This document shows, one piece after another, positions 31,212 to 41,115 of a stretch of 64,000 nt of DNA. Under the pieces are notes generated by a model. That model did no database searches and was not told the DNA's origin. It worked only from the letters and a program-made list of their open reading frames with translations. The stretch's first letter is position 1. The number at the start of each line of letters is the position of its first letter. Origin of the DNA: Rubrivivax sp. (GTDB lineage: Bacteria; Pseudomonadota; Gammaproteobacteria; Burkholderiales; Burkholderiaceae_C); NCBI GenBank assembly GCA_965249635.1, contig OZ252249.1:1744494-1808493 (forward strand). Reading direction: 5' to 3'. Position numbers and translations under genes: made by a program.

Positions 31212-32024
31212 TTAGGCGGCTCTTGGGGGCGGATTGCCCAGCGCCTGAGAAATCGTGTCGGCAGTGGTTTTTACCCGCGTGAGCCAGGCTTCTTCGAGCC
31301 GGTCGGCCGGAGCGGAGACCGACAAGCCGGCCACCAGGCGGCCTTGGTCGTCAAAAATGCCGGCTGCCATGCAGCGCACACCCAACTCCAGCTCTTCGTC
31401 GTCGCGCGCCAGGCCTGTTTGGCGCACCTGACTCAGTTCTCGTTCCAAGCGCGGCAACTCGGTGATGCTGTTGCGCGTGTTGCCGGCCAGGCCGGTGCGT
31501 GTGGCGTAGGCTCGCACGCGTTGCGGGTCGTCGTGGGCCAGGAAGAGTTTGCCCACTGAGGTCAGGTGCAAAGGCGCGCGCCCGCCGATGGCACGCACCA
31601 CCTGCATGCCGGAGCGTTCGCTGAAGGCGCGCTCCACATAGACGATTTCGTCGCCTTGGCGCACAGACAAATTGACAGGTTGGTGCGTCAAACGGTGCAG
31701 CTCGCGCATGGGTGTCAGGGCTGCGTCGCGCACGTCCAGGCGTGCTTTGACGGTGTTGCCCAATTCCAGCAAGCGCATGCCCAGTCGGTAACTGCCCGCT
31801 TCCGGGCGGTCCACAAAGCGTCCGATCGTCAAGTCGTTGAGGATGCGGTGGGCGGTCGACGGATGCAGCCCGCTCAACTCACTGATGCGTTTGAGCGGGA
31901 CCGGGTCTTGGTGCGCAGCCAGCACGTCCAGCAGCGTGAACATGCGTTCCAGTACCTGAATGGCGGGCCCGGTGGCGGCGCTCGCTTTGGTCCTGGGTGG
32001 GGGCAAGGGTTTTGGCGCGTTCAT
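31212..32024 (-). CDS. IclR-family transcriptional regulator
   Basis: wHTH (IQVLERMFTLLDVLAAHQDPVPLKRISELSGLHPSTAHRILNDL) plus an IclR effector domain. ATG 32024 overlaps the hpnE stop (ATGA). Confidence 0.85.
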   Translation of the reverse strand: MNAPKPLPPPRTKASAATGPAIQVLERMFTLLDVLAAHQDPVPLKRISELSGLHPSTAHRILNDLTIGRFVDRPEAGSYRLGMRLLELGNTVKARLDVRDAALTPMRELHRLTHQPVNLSVRQGDEIVYVERAFSERSGMQVVRAIGGRAPLHLTSVGKLFLAHDDPQRVRAYATRTGLAGNTRNSITELPRLERELSQVRQTGLARDDEELELGVRCMAAGIFDDQGRLVAGLSVSAPADRLEEAWLTRVKTTADTISQALGNPPPRAA

Positions 32025-33403
32025 GGCTTGGCGCCTATTTTGCATCGCGAAAGCTCAAATTGGATCGCGGATATCGCTTCTTCGCCGCTGCGCACCGCAG
32101 CTTCCAGCGTGGCGGGGTAGGGGCCCTCAATGTAGTCCCCTGCGGCATACAAGCCTGGGGCGATGGCCGCCGGTGGCTTGCGCAGGTCGGGCACGCAACA
32201 AAAGGTGGCCCGTTTTTCGGTTGAAACGTCAACCAATTGCCAGCCTTTGGGCAGAACAGCCGACCATTGCTTTCGCAGTTGCTTCTCCAGCGCGACTTCA
32301 AAAGCTGCTGTGCCGGCCTCCAACCAAGCGCCAGCGCCGCTCGCGACCAGGCTCAGCTCGCCCCGATGCTCGGGGTCCAGCTGGCCCAAGTCAAAGCCAA
32401 ATTGCGCCGGTTCGCCCTGAAGCAAGATCATGGGCGCCGGCGCGCAAACGGTTTCGGCCTTCAGCCATGCGGTGATGATGGGCTCATAGGTGAAAGCGCC
32501 GGCCCGCTTGGCCCAGGCCGCGTTCGTCTCAAGCACCAGGCGCGCCGCCTCTTTGGCGGTACAGGCCAACACCACCTGGTCGAAGGGTTCGCCGTCAAGT
32601 AGCCAGACGCCGTCGTAACGAGCAGCCCCACAGTCAACCCTATTGCCAACCCCGTCGCCACCGCTCGCTTTGAGCGTCTGGGCACGGTGGCTTAAGCGGA
32701 CCTGGGCGCCCTTTGACTTCAGCCAGGCCAATGCCGGCTGCGGCAACAGCTCGCCAAGCAACTGGCGCGGCAGTAACAAATCGGCACTGCCTTTGCCGCT
32801 GAACAGCGCGTCGCGCAAGACGCGAAGCAGCACCACAGCGCTGGCCTTTTCGGCTGGCGTGTTGAGTGCAGCGACACATAGCGGCTCGATCAAGTCGCGG
32901 CGGGGTTCCTCAGCAAGCCCGGCGCACCATTGCGCGACGGTGAGGTCTGGCGCACAGCGAAAGCCTTTGATTTGCCAGCCGATAGCATGCCGCAACAAAG
33001 ACCACTTCGAAGCCCAGCGCCAGTGGCTGTGGCCCAGAACGGCGCGGAAGAAGCTCAATGCGGGTGGCCCCGGCGGCAAACGCAGGCCTCGGCCTTGGCC
33101 GTCAACCAGCGCCAGTGGCAAACGGGCCAACGCTTGATTCAAGTCCACGCCCACGGTGCGCATCAGGTCGAGCGTGCGGACATAGGCGCCGATCAAGATG
33201 TGCTGCCCGTTGTCGCGTGGGTTGCCATGCTGGGTCACGGTTCGCGCACGACCACCCGCAGCGCTGGCCATTTCGAACACGCTCACCTGGTAGCCGGCCT
33301 GCACAGCGCGCACGGCTGCTGCCAAGCCTGCCCAGCCGGCGCCAACCACCGCACAGCGAATGGGCTGCGATGGGGCGTCAGCCTGCGCTGCTGGCGCGCG
33401 CAT
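32021..33403 (-). CDS. hpnE: Hydroxysqualene dehydroxylase (FAD-dependent amine-oxidase fold)
   Basis: Dinucleotide fold CAVVGAGWAGLAAAVRAVQAGYQVSVFEMASAAGGRART. Positioned third after hpnC-hpnD. Confidence 0.8.
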   Translation of the reverse strand: MRAPAAQADAPSQPIRCAVVGAGWAGLAAAVRAVQAGYQVSVFEMASAAGGRARTVTQHGNPRDNGQHILIGAYVRTLDLMRTVGVDLNQALARLPLALVDGQGRGLRLPPGPPALSFFRAVLGHSHWRWASKWSLLRHAIGWQIKGFRCAPDLTVAQWCAGLAEEPRRDLIEPLCVAALNTPAEKASAVVLLRVLRDALFSGKGSADLLLPRQLLGELLPQPALAWLKSKGAQVRLSHRAQTLKASGGDGVGNRVDCGAARYDGVWLLDGEPFDQVVLACTAKEAARLVLETNAAWAKRAGAFTYEPIITAWLKAETVCAPAPMILLQGEPAQFGFDLGQLDPEHRGELSLVASGAGAWLEAGTAAFEVALEKQLRKQWSAVLPKGWQLVDVSTEKRATFCCVPDLRKPPAAIAPGLYAAGDYIEGPYPATLEAAVRSGEEAISAIQFELSRCKIGAKP

Positions 33404-33409
33404 GGGCGC

Positions 33410-34258
33410 TCAACGCCCTAGCACTTGCGTGCGTGCGGCAATCCACAGCTTGCGCAATGGTGTCAGTGACGTGCGTTGGTGCAGAACTTGGAAACCGCCG
33501 CCCTCGATCTCGCGCAGCAGGCTGCGGTAGATGTTGGCCATCATCAAGCCGGGCTTTTGCGCGCGCCGGTCGCTCTCGGGCAGCAGGGCCATCGCTTGGT
33601 CGTAAGTGGCGTGCGCGCGTTCAGCTTGAAATTTCATCAGGGCTTGGAATCGGTCGCTGTAGCCCCAAGGCGCTTCGCGCTTGAGCAGCTCGTGGGTTTT
33701 GACTTCGAAGCGCTGCAACTCTGACAAGGGCAAATAGACGCGTCCACGTCGCGCGTCGTCGCCCACGTCGCGGATGATGTTGGTCAACTGCATGGCGCGG
33801 CCCAAGGTGTGCGCGTATTGCACAGTAGCGGCTTCACTGCGGCCAAAGATGTTGGCGGCAACCTCGCCCACCACGCCGGCCACCAAATGGCAGTAGTGTT
33901 GCAGCGCGGAGAAGTCGAGCATACGGCTTTGCTGAAGGTCCATTTCGCAACCTTCAATAACGGCATTCAAGTGTTCAGCGCGGATGTCGTAGGTGCCCGC
34001 CAATGGCAACAAGGCCTGCGTCACCGGGTGGTTGGCGTGGCCGCCGTAGGCCGCCGTAACTTCGGCGCGCCACCAGGCCAGTTTGGCCGCCGCGACGGTG
34101 GGGTCGCTGACTTCATCGACGACATCGTCCACCTCTCGGCAAAAGGCATAAAAAGCGGTGATCGCGGCGCGGCGCTCCTCGGGCAGAAAGAGAAAAGCGT
34201 AATAAAAACTGGAGCCACTGCGTGCGGCTTTGTCCTGCACATACTGCTGCGGGGTCAC
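33410..34258 (-). CDS. hpnD: Presqualene diphosphate synthase
   Basis: SGSSFYYAFLFLPEERRAAITAFYAFCREVDDVVDE and DVGDDARRGRVYLP (squalene/phytoene synthase Asp-rich motifs). GTG 34258 overlaps the hpnC stop (GTGA); the track's upstream ATG is unlikely. Confidence 0.85.
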   Translation of the reverse strand: MTPQQYVQDKAARSGSSFYYAFLFLPEERRAAITAFYAFCREVDDVVDEVSDPTVAAAKLAWWRAEVTAAYGGHANHPVTQALLPLAGTYDIRAEHLNAVIEGCEMDLQQSRMLDFSALQHYCHLVAGVVGEVAANIFGRSEAATVQYAHTLGRAMQLTNIIRDVGDDARRGRVYLPLSELQRFEVKTHELLKREAPWGYSDRFQALMKFQAERAHATYDQAMALLPESDRRAQKPGLMMANIYRSLLREIEGGGFQVLHQRTSLTPLRKLWIAARTQVLGR

Positions 34259-35112
34259 GCGGGCGCTCCTTCTTGCAGGCCCTTTTGACCAGGCCGCATG
34301 CATGCGGCGCGCCACAGCAGCTGTAGCAATTCAAAGCGCGACAGCTGAGGGCGGCTGCACACGGTGGCCCATTGCATGTTTTGGATTTTCTCCAGTATGC
34401 GCAGGCCGCCTTGAACCACCAGGCGCAGTTCCCAGCCCGCGCGCCCCGGTACGGTTAGAGCCAATGGCGCGCCTGCCAGCATCAGCTCGCGGGCCCAGGC
34501 ACACAGCGCCTGCACCAAACGACGGCTGGCTTCGCTGTCGCGCAGCGTGGAAGGCTGGTCGAGCGGGACTCCGTAGCTCAGGGCATCCTCCAAGGGCAAG
34601 TACACGCGCCCGCGTGGCAAATCAACGCTGAGGTCTTGCCAAAAATTGATGAGCTGCAAAGCCGAACAGATGGCGTCTGACTGCGCTAGCGAACGCGCGT
34701 CCTGGATGCCGTACAGGTGAAGCAGCAGCCGGCCGACAGGGTTTGCAGAGCGGCGGCAGTAGTCGAGCAGGCTGGCGCGGTTCGGGTACAAGGGGTTGCC
34801 GGTATCTTGCATGAAGGCGTCCAGCAGGTCGTCCAAAGGCTGGTGGGGTAGCGAAAATTGCAGCCGCGCCTGGTCGAGCTGGCTAAAGACGGGATCCCAA
34901 GGGCCGCTCACGGGGCGCCCGGCATACAGTGCCGCCAAATTCTGGCGGTAGTGGCTCAAGGTGGCCAGGCGCTCGGTTGCTGGGGCATCGCCCTCATCGG
35001 CCAAGTCATCCGCGGTACGAGCAAAGCGGTAAATGGCCAACACCGCCGGACGGATGCGCGGCGGACACAAGACTGAAGCGACAGGAAAGTTTTCGTAGTG
35101 ATCGATGCCCAC
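34255..35112 (-). CDS. hpnC: Squalene synthase HpnC
   Basis: MGIDHYENFPVASVLCPPRIRPAVLAIYRFARTADDLADEGD.. and WQDLSVDLPRGRVYLP. Confidence 0.85.
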   Translation of the reverse strand: MGIDHYENFPVASVLCPPRIRPAVLAIYRFARTADDLADEGDAPATERLATLSHYRQNLAALYAGRPVSGPWDPVFSQLDQARLQFSLPHQPLDDLLDAFMQDTGNPLYPNRASLLDYCRRSANPVGRLLLHLYGIQDARSLAQSDAICSALQLINFWQDLSVDLPRGRVYLPLEDALSYGVPLDQPSTLRDSEASRRLVQALCAWARELMLAGAPLALTVPGRAGWELRLVVQGGLRILEKIQNMQWATVCSRPQLSRFELLQLLWRAACMRPGQKGLQEGAPA

Positions 35113-35181
35113 AGGCGCGCATTGTCCATGTCAGGTGGTGCGCGCCGAATCCGGGGTTGAAGCAAATGGTGACCCTTCAAA

Positions 35182-35224
35182 TTGACAAGGAATTCATCGA
35201 TCCGTAGGATACTGACCAGTCAGT
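35182..35224 (+). promoter_or_regulatory. Sigma-70-type promoter with overlapping inverted-repeat operator upstream of the RND operon
   Basis: TTGACA (35182-35187), 17 nt, TAGGAT (35205-35210), immediately followed by ACTGAC-CA-GTCAGT (35211-35224). Lies in an AT-rich patch 30 nt upstream of the adaptor ATG. Confidence 0.5.
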
Positions 35225-35253
35225 CATTAATTCAAACAGCTTCTGGGGTTGGC

Positions 35254-36454
35254 ATGGCCAAAAACATTGAGGGGTTTCGGCGAGGTCCGGTGGCGGCGTT
35301 CGCGTCAGCTTGGGCCGTTCCAGTGCGCGTGCTGGGCTTGTTGGCTGTGACAGGGGTGTTGGCGGCCTGTAGCAAGGCCGTGCAGGCCCCTGAGCCCATT
35401 CGATCTGTGCGTTCGGTGGTGGTGGCGCCGTCTGCCGCAGCGTCCAAGCAGGACTTCGCGGCTGAAATTCGCGCACGTACCGAGTCGCGTTTGGGCTTTC
35501 GAGTGGGTGGCAAATTGATCGAACGCCCGGTGCAGGTCGGGGATATCGGTACGCAAAGGTCAGCTCTTGGCGCGGCTGGACCCGCAAGACTTGCGCTTGG
35601 TTGAACAGGCTGCCCAGGCGGGTATGCAGGCAGCGCAAGCCAACGCCACGCAGGCCGAAGCCGAGCTCAAACGGTTTCGAGGTTTGCAGGAACAAGGTTT
35701 TATCAGTGCTGCCGAGCTGGAGCGGCGCACCTCAGTGGCCACGGCAGCCGCAGCGCAGTTGGATCAGGCCAAAGCGCAGGCGCAGGCCCAAGGGCGCCAA
35801 ACCCAGCATGGTGGCCTGGTGGCCGACGCTGCGGGTGTGGTTACGGCGGTCGAGGCCGAACCGGGCGCGGTGCTCGCGGCTGGCACCCCCGTGCTGCGCC
35901 TGGCGTGGGATGGGCCCCGCGATGTGGTCTTTGCCGTTCCTGAAGATCGTGTTGCCGAACTGCGATCCATGCTGAACAGGCCCGGCGCACTGGCTGTGCA
36001 AGTCTGGGGCGAAGCTGATGCCCAGCACCGCGCCACGGTGCGCGAGGTGGCTGCTGCCGCTGATGCCGCCACGCGCACCTTCTTGGTCAAGGCCAGTTTG
36101 GTGAGCGACGCTCGCGCCGCAGGCATTCGTCTGGGGCAGACGGCCGTCGTGACCGTCCAACAGGCAGCTGCAGTGGCCATCAAACTGCCGCTGACCGCGT
36201 TGATGCAGCAGCAAGGCCAAAGTGCCGTGTGGGTGCTGGACAGCGCCAGCATGACGGTGAAGGTGCAGCCGGTGACCCTGGCGGCCGCCGACGGCAACGA
36301 AGCCGTGATTGCAACGGGGCTCAAGCCCGCTGACGAGGTGGTCATTGCGGGCGTGCACGTGCTGACCGCTGGGCAGAAGGTGAAGCGCGAAGCAGCCGTT
36401 CTTGCGGGGTTGCAGGCTGCACCCGCTGCATCTGCTGCGTCCACACCCCGCTGA
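35254..36454 (+). pseudogene. RND efflux periplasmic adaptor (MFP), frame interrupted near 35548
   Basis: Lipoprotein signal (LLAVTGVLAAC) and the N-terminal part ..GGKLIERPVQVGDI are in the frame of 35254. The conserved continuation VRKGQLLARLDPQDLRL.. is in the frame of ORF 35567..36454. One extra G in GATATCGGTACGC explains the shift. Confidence 0.85.
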
Positions 36455-36468
36455 GCCGGACACCTGCC

Positions 36469-39400
36469 ATGACAGATCTTGCTCGCCCGGAAAACAAGCG
36501 CCGGCCCTCGCGGTTCAATCTCTCTCGCCTGGCGCTGGACCACCCAGCGCTAACGCGCTACCTGATGGTTGTGCTGATGCTGCTGGGCTATGTGGCCTAC
36601 TTCCAGCTTGGCCAGGACGAAGACCCGCCTTTTACGTTTCGCGCCATGGTGGTGCAGGCCTTTTGGCCTGGCGCCACCGCGCTGCAGATGTCGGACCAGG
36701 TTACCGACAAGATTGAGCGCACGCTGCAAGAGGTGCCAAACGCCGACATCATCAGAAGCTATGCCAAGCCGGGTGAATCGCTGACGATTCTTCAGCTCAA
36801 AGATTCATCACCGCCCAAAGAGGTGCCCAACAGTTGGTACCAAGCGCGCAAGCGCATCGCTGACATGCGCCAGACCTTGCCTGCCGGCGTGGTGGGCCCC
36901 GTCTTCAATGACGACTTTGGCGACGTTTACGGATCAATTTTCGCGCTGACCGCTGACGGCTTTTCGCCCGAGGACACGCGCAAAGCAGCAGAAACCGTGC
37001 GCCAGCGGCTGCTGCGCGTGCCCGATGTGGCGCGCGTCGAAATTTACGGCGCTTTGGCTGAAAAGCTGTTCATTGAGATCTCGCAGAAGCGCCTGGCACA
37101 GCTCGGGCTGGACTTCAGCCAGGTGCTGGCGCAGCTGGGCTCGCAAAACGCGATCGAATCGGCTGGCTTGCTGAATGCGGGCCAGGAGAATCTGCAGGTG
37201 CGTGTGGGCGGTGCGCTGAATTCGGCCGACGAGCTGCGCAAACTCCCCATCCGCGCGGTCAACCCCAATACCGGCGTGGCAAGTTCCTTGCGCTTGGGTG
37301 ACATAGCCACCATTCGACGTGACTACGAAGACCCGCCGCGTGTGAAGGTGCGCCATGAGGGCCAGAACGTGGTGGCGCTGGGCGTGTCGATGGCCAAGGG
37401 TGGCGACATCATTGCGCTGGGCGAATCCTTGCGTATTGCCGCGCAGCAAGCGCAGGCCGATTTGCCCGTAGGTTTGACCTTGAGCCAGATCCAAGACCAG
37501 CCGCAAGCTGTGTCGCGTTCGGTCAATGAATTCATCAAGGTATTGATTGAGGCAGTGGCCGTGGTGTTGGCGGTGAGCTTCATCAGCTTGGGGCTGCACA
37601 CGCGGCCGCTGCGCATCGACATTTGGCCCGGCCTGGTGGTGGGACTGACGATTCCGCTGGTGCTCGCTATCACCTTCGTCACCATGTTTTATTGGGGCGT
37701 GGGGCTGCACAAAATATCGCTGGGCTCGCTGATCATCGCTTTGGGGCTGTTGGTGGACGACGCCATCATTGCCGTGGAAATGATGGTACGCAAGCTTGAA
37801 GAAGGCTACGACAAGCGCAGCGCGGCCACCTTTGCCTATGACGCGACTGCCATGCCGATGCTCACCGGCACGCTCATTACGGCAGCAGGCTTCTTGCCCA
37901 TTGGCTTGGCCAAAAGCATGACCGGCGAATACACCTTTGCGATCTTTGCCGTGACGTCGGCCGCATTGCTCATTTCGTGGGTGGTTTCGGTCACCTTTGT
38001 GCCTTACCTCGGCGCATGGCTGCTGCACACACGCAAGCACACGGGCGCCGTAGCAGAAGGTGAACTGTTTGATACGCCGTTCTACAGCCGGTTTCGTGTG
38101 GCTGTGGACTGGTGTGTGCAACACCGCTGGGTGACGATTGGCCTGACGGCACTGGCGTTCGCTACGGGTATTGCTGGCATGGGCAAAGTGCAGCAGCAGT
38201 TTTTCCCAGATTCAAGCCGCCCCGAGATTCTGGTGGACATGTGGCTGCCTGAAGGTTCGACCATCCAGCAGACAGAAACGGTGGTCAAACGCTTTGAGGC
38301 CCTGCTTCAGAAGGAGACTGGTATTTCGTCGGTCACCAGCTGGGTGGGCAGTGGCGTGCCGCGCTTTTATCTGCCTTTGGATCAGATCTTTCCGCAGGCC
38401 AATGTGTCGCAGACGATTGTTCTGCCCAAAGACCTGAACGAACGTGAATCCCTGCGCCTGAAACTGCCCACGCTTTTGGCTGAACACATGCCAGAGGTGC
38501 GCGGCCGCGTGAAGCTGCTACCCAATGGGCCACCCGTTCCCTACCCGGTGCAGTTCCGCGTGGTGGGGCCGGATGCACAACAAGTGAGGCAATGGGCTGA
38601 CCAGGCCAAAGACGTGTTGCGCGCTGAGCCCAGCATGCGTGGCGTCAACGACAACTGGAACGAAGCGATCAAAGTGCTGCGCTTGACGGTCGATCAGGAC
38701 AAGGCCCGTGCGTTGGGCGTGTCGAGCCAGTCGATTGCGCAAGCTGCGCGCACCTTGTTGTCCGGCAGTACGGTGGGGCAATACCGCGAGGGCGACCGGC
38801 TGATCGACATCGTTCTGCGGCAGCCCGCCGACGAGCGCGATGCCATCACCGACCTGGGTAACGCCTACTTGCCCACCAGCAGCGGGCGCTCGATCCCCAT
38901 TACACAGATTGCGCGCGTTGAATTTGCGTGGGAGCCCGGTGTTTTGTGGCGTGAACGGCGCAACTACGCGGTCACGGTACAAGGCGACGTGGTCGAAGGC
39001 CTGCAGGGCCCCACCGTCACCGCCAAGCTGTGGCCGCAGCTTCAAGCGCTGCGCGAGCGCATGCCCTCGGGCTACAACATTGAAATTGCTGGCGCTGTTG
39101 AAGAAAGCAGCAAGGGCCAGGGCTCGATAGCGGCTGGCGTGCCGATGATGTTGTTCATCATCTTCACGCTCTTGATGCTGCAGTTGCAAAGTTTCAGTCG
39201 GTCCGTATTGGTGTTCTTGACGGGACCTCTGGGCATTCCGGGTGTGGCGGCGGCCTTGCTGCTGTTCAACCGGCCGTTCGGATTTGTGGCCCTGCTGGGT
39301 GTAATCGCCTTGATGGGCATGATCATGCGCAACTCGGTCATCTTGATCGACCAGATCGAGCAAGACCGTGCCAAAGGCCTGCCGACTTGGGACGCGATTG

Positions 39401-39615
39401 TTGAATCGGCGGTGCGCCGTTTCAGGCCGATCGTGCTGACCGCAGCGGCGGCTGTGCTGGCCATGATCCCGCTGACCCGCAGTGTCTTCTGGGGGCCCAT
39501 GGCCGTGGCCATCATGGGTGGTTTGATCGTGGCCACCGCGCTGACGCTGCTCTCACTGCCGGCCATGTATGCCGCTTGGTTCCGCGTCAAACGCCCGACG
39601 GTTGCGGGCCGCTGA
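36469..39615 (+). CDS. RND efflux transporter permease (AcrB/HAE1-like)
   Basis: 1048 aa with 12-TM/two-large-loop architecture. Typical N-terminus FNLSRLALDHPALTRYLMVVLMLLG. Confidence 0.93.
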   Translation: MTDLARPENKRRPSRFNLSRLALDHPALTRYLMVVLMLLGYVAYFQLGQDEDPPFTFRAMVVQAFWPGATALQMSDQVTDKIERTLQEVPNADIIRSYAKPGESLTILQLKDSSPPKEVPNSWYQARKRIADMRQTLPAGVVGPVFNDDFGDVYGSIFALTADGFSPEDTRKAAETVRQRLLRVPDVARVEIYGALAEKLFIEISQKRLAQLGLDFSQVLAQLGSQNAIESAGLLNAGQENLQVRVGGALNSADELRKLPIRAVNPNTGVASSLRLGDIATIRRDYEDPPRVKVRHEGQNVVALGVSMAKGGDIIALGESLRIAAQQAQADLPVGLTLSQIQDQPQAVSRSVNEFIKVLIEAVAVVLAVSFISLGLHTRPLRIDIWPGLVVGLTIPLVLAITFVTMFYWGVGLHKISLGSLIIALGLLVDDAIIAVEMMVRKLEEGYDKRSAATFAYDATAMPMLTGTLITAAGFLPIGLAKSMTGEYTFAIFAVTSAALLISWVVSVTFVPYLGAWLLHTRKHTGAVAEGELFDTPFYSRFRVAVDWCVQHRWVTIGLTALAFATGIAGMGKVQQQFFPDSSRPEILVDMWLPEGSTIQQTETVVKRFEALLQKETGISSVTSWVGSGVPRFYLPLDQIFPQANVSQTIVLPKDLNERESLRLKLPTLLAEHMPEVRGRVKLLPNGPPVPYPVQFRVVGPDAQQVRQWADQAKDVLRAEPSMRGVNDNWNEAIKVLRLTVDQDKARALGVSSQSIAQAARTLLSGSTVGQYREGDRLIDIVLRQPADERDAITDLGNAYLPTSSGRSIPITQIARVEFAWEPGVLWRERRNYAVTVQGDVVEGLQGPTVTAKLWPQLQALRERMPSGYNIEIAGAVEESSKGQGSIAAGVPMMLFIIFTLLMLQLQSFSRSVLVFLTGPLGIPGVAAALLLFNRPFGFVALLGVIALMGMIMRNSVILIDQIEQDRAKGLPTWDAIVESAVRRFRPIVLTAAAAVLAMIPLTRSVFWGPMAVAIMGGLIVATALTLLSLPAMYAAWFRVKRPTVAGR

Positions 39616-39666
39616 GCTGACAAGCAGTGGGGTCAACGGCGGACGCTAGAATGATGGGTTACCTGT

Positions 39667-39753
39667 GCGCGGGTGGCGAAATTGGTAGACGCACCAGGTT
39701 TAGGTCCTGACGCCTTCACCGGCGTGTCGGTTCGAGTCCGACCCCGCGCACCA
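39667..39753 (+). tRNA. tRNA-Leu (anticodon TAG)
   Basis: GCGCGGG acceptor, GCGAAATTGGTAGACGC D arm, anticodon loop TTTAGGT, long variable arm, GGTTCGAGTCC T arm, CCA end. Closely parallels E. coli tRNA-Leu(UAG). Confidence 0.9.
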
Positions 39754-39790
39754 CCTGTTCAACCCTGATTGATTTTCAAGAAGCTCTGCC

Positions 39791-41098
39791 ATGGCTGTGT
39801 CTGTCGAAATCCTGGAAAAACTCGAACGCCGTATCACGCTGACGGTCTCAGCCGACGACATCGGCAAGGAAGTCGACGCGCGCCTCAAGCGTCTGGCGCG
39901 CACCGTCAAGGCCGATGGCTTTCGCCCTGGCAAGGTGCCGATGTCGGTCGTGGCCCAGCGTTATGGCTACTCCGTCCAGTACGAGGTGGTGAACGACCAG
40001 GTTGGCAAAGCCTTCTCTGAAGCTGCCAATTACGCTCAACTGCGTGTGGCCGGTGCGCCCAGCATCACGCAGAAGGAAGAAGCGCCCGAAGGCCAAATGG
40101 CATTTGATGCCACTTTTGAGGTCTACCCTGAAGTGGCCATCGGCGACCTGTCGCAAGTTGAGGTGGCTCGTGTGGGCACGGAAGTGACCGACGCGGCCAT
40201 CGACCGCACCATTGAAATTTTGCGCAAGCAGCGCCGTACCTTTGCGCAACGCCCGGCGTCTGAAGGTGCTGCCGAAGCCGACCGCGTGACGATCGACTTC
40301 GAAGGCAAGATCGACGGCGAACCCTTTGACGGCGGGAAGGCGGACGGCTTCAGTTTCATCATTGGCGAAGGCCAGATGTTGGAGCAGTTCGACAAGGGCG
40401 TGCGTGGCATGAAGGTTGGCGACAGCAAAACCTTCCCCTTGAAGTTTCCGGACGACTACCAAGGCAAGGACGTGGCTGGCAAGGAAGCTGACTTCATGGT
40501 CACCATGACCAAAGTTGAAGCGGCACACCTTCCGGCAGTGGACGACAGTTTTGCTAAAGCTTTGAATATTCCTGGCGCCACTGTCGATAGTTTGCGTGCC
40601 GATGTGCGGAAAAACCTGGAGCGCGAAGTGAAGTTCCGGGTGCTGGCGCGCAATAAAGCGGCCGCCATGGACGCGCTGATGCAGGTGTCAACCCTGGACC
40701 TGCCCAAAGCGCTGGTGGCCTCTGAAGTTGAGCGCCTCACCGAAGGTGCCCGGGCCGACCTGAAGCAGCGCGGTGTGAAAGACGCCGAAACAGCCCCGAT
40801 TCCTGCCGAAATTTTCCAGCCGCAAGCAGAGCGCCGCGTTCGCCTGGGCCTGATCGTTTCTGAACTGGTGCGCAAAAACAACCTGCAGGCCAAGCCAGAG
40901 CAACTTCAAAAGCACATTGAAGAAGTCAGCCAAAGCTATGAGCGGCCGGCTGAAGTGATGCGCCACTACCTGGGCGACCGCAACCGTATGGCCGAAGTAG
41001 AAGCGATCGTGATTGAAAACAATGTGACAGACCATGTATTTGCCCAGGCCAAGGTCTCAGATAAGGTGCTAGCGTTCGACGAGTTGATGTCAGCTTGA
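39791..41098 (+). CDS. tig: Trigger factor
   Basis: 435 aa: [19 protein letters not shown].., FKBP-type PPIase core ([19 protein letters not shown]), followed by clpP-clpX-lon. Confidence 0.95.
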   Translation: MAVSVEILEKLERRITLTVSADDIGKEVDARLKRLARTVKADGFRPGKVPMSVVAQRYGYSVQYEVVNDQVGKAFSEAANYAQLRVAGAPSITQKEEAPEGQMAFDATFEVYPEVAIGDLSQVEVARVGTEVTDAAIDRTIEILRKQRRTFAQRPASEGAAEADRVTIDFEGKIDGEPFDGGKADGFSFIIGEGQMLEQFDKGVRGMKVGDSKTFPLKFPDDYQGKDVAGKEADFMVTMTKVEAAHLPAVDDSFAKALNIPGATVDSLRADVRKNLEREVKFRVLARNKAAAMDALMQVSTLDLPKALVASEVERLTEGARADLKQRGVKDAETAPIPAEIFQPQAERRVRLGLIVSELVRKNNLQAKPEQLQKHIEEVSQSYERPAEVMRHYLGDRNRMAEVEAIVIENNVTDHVFAQAKVSDKVLAFDELMSA

Positions 41099-41115
41099 AC
41101 AAGGAACTCCATCAC

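Noticed and set aside
41011-41040. A possible sigma-32 promoter for clpP inside the tig 3' end: ATTGAAA..GACCATGT.
   Set aside because: The spacer is only about 11 nt and the -10 element matches the consensus poorly. This is not enough to report as a feature.
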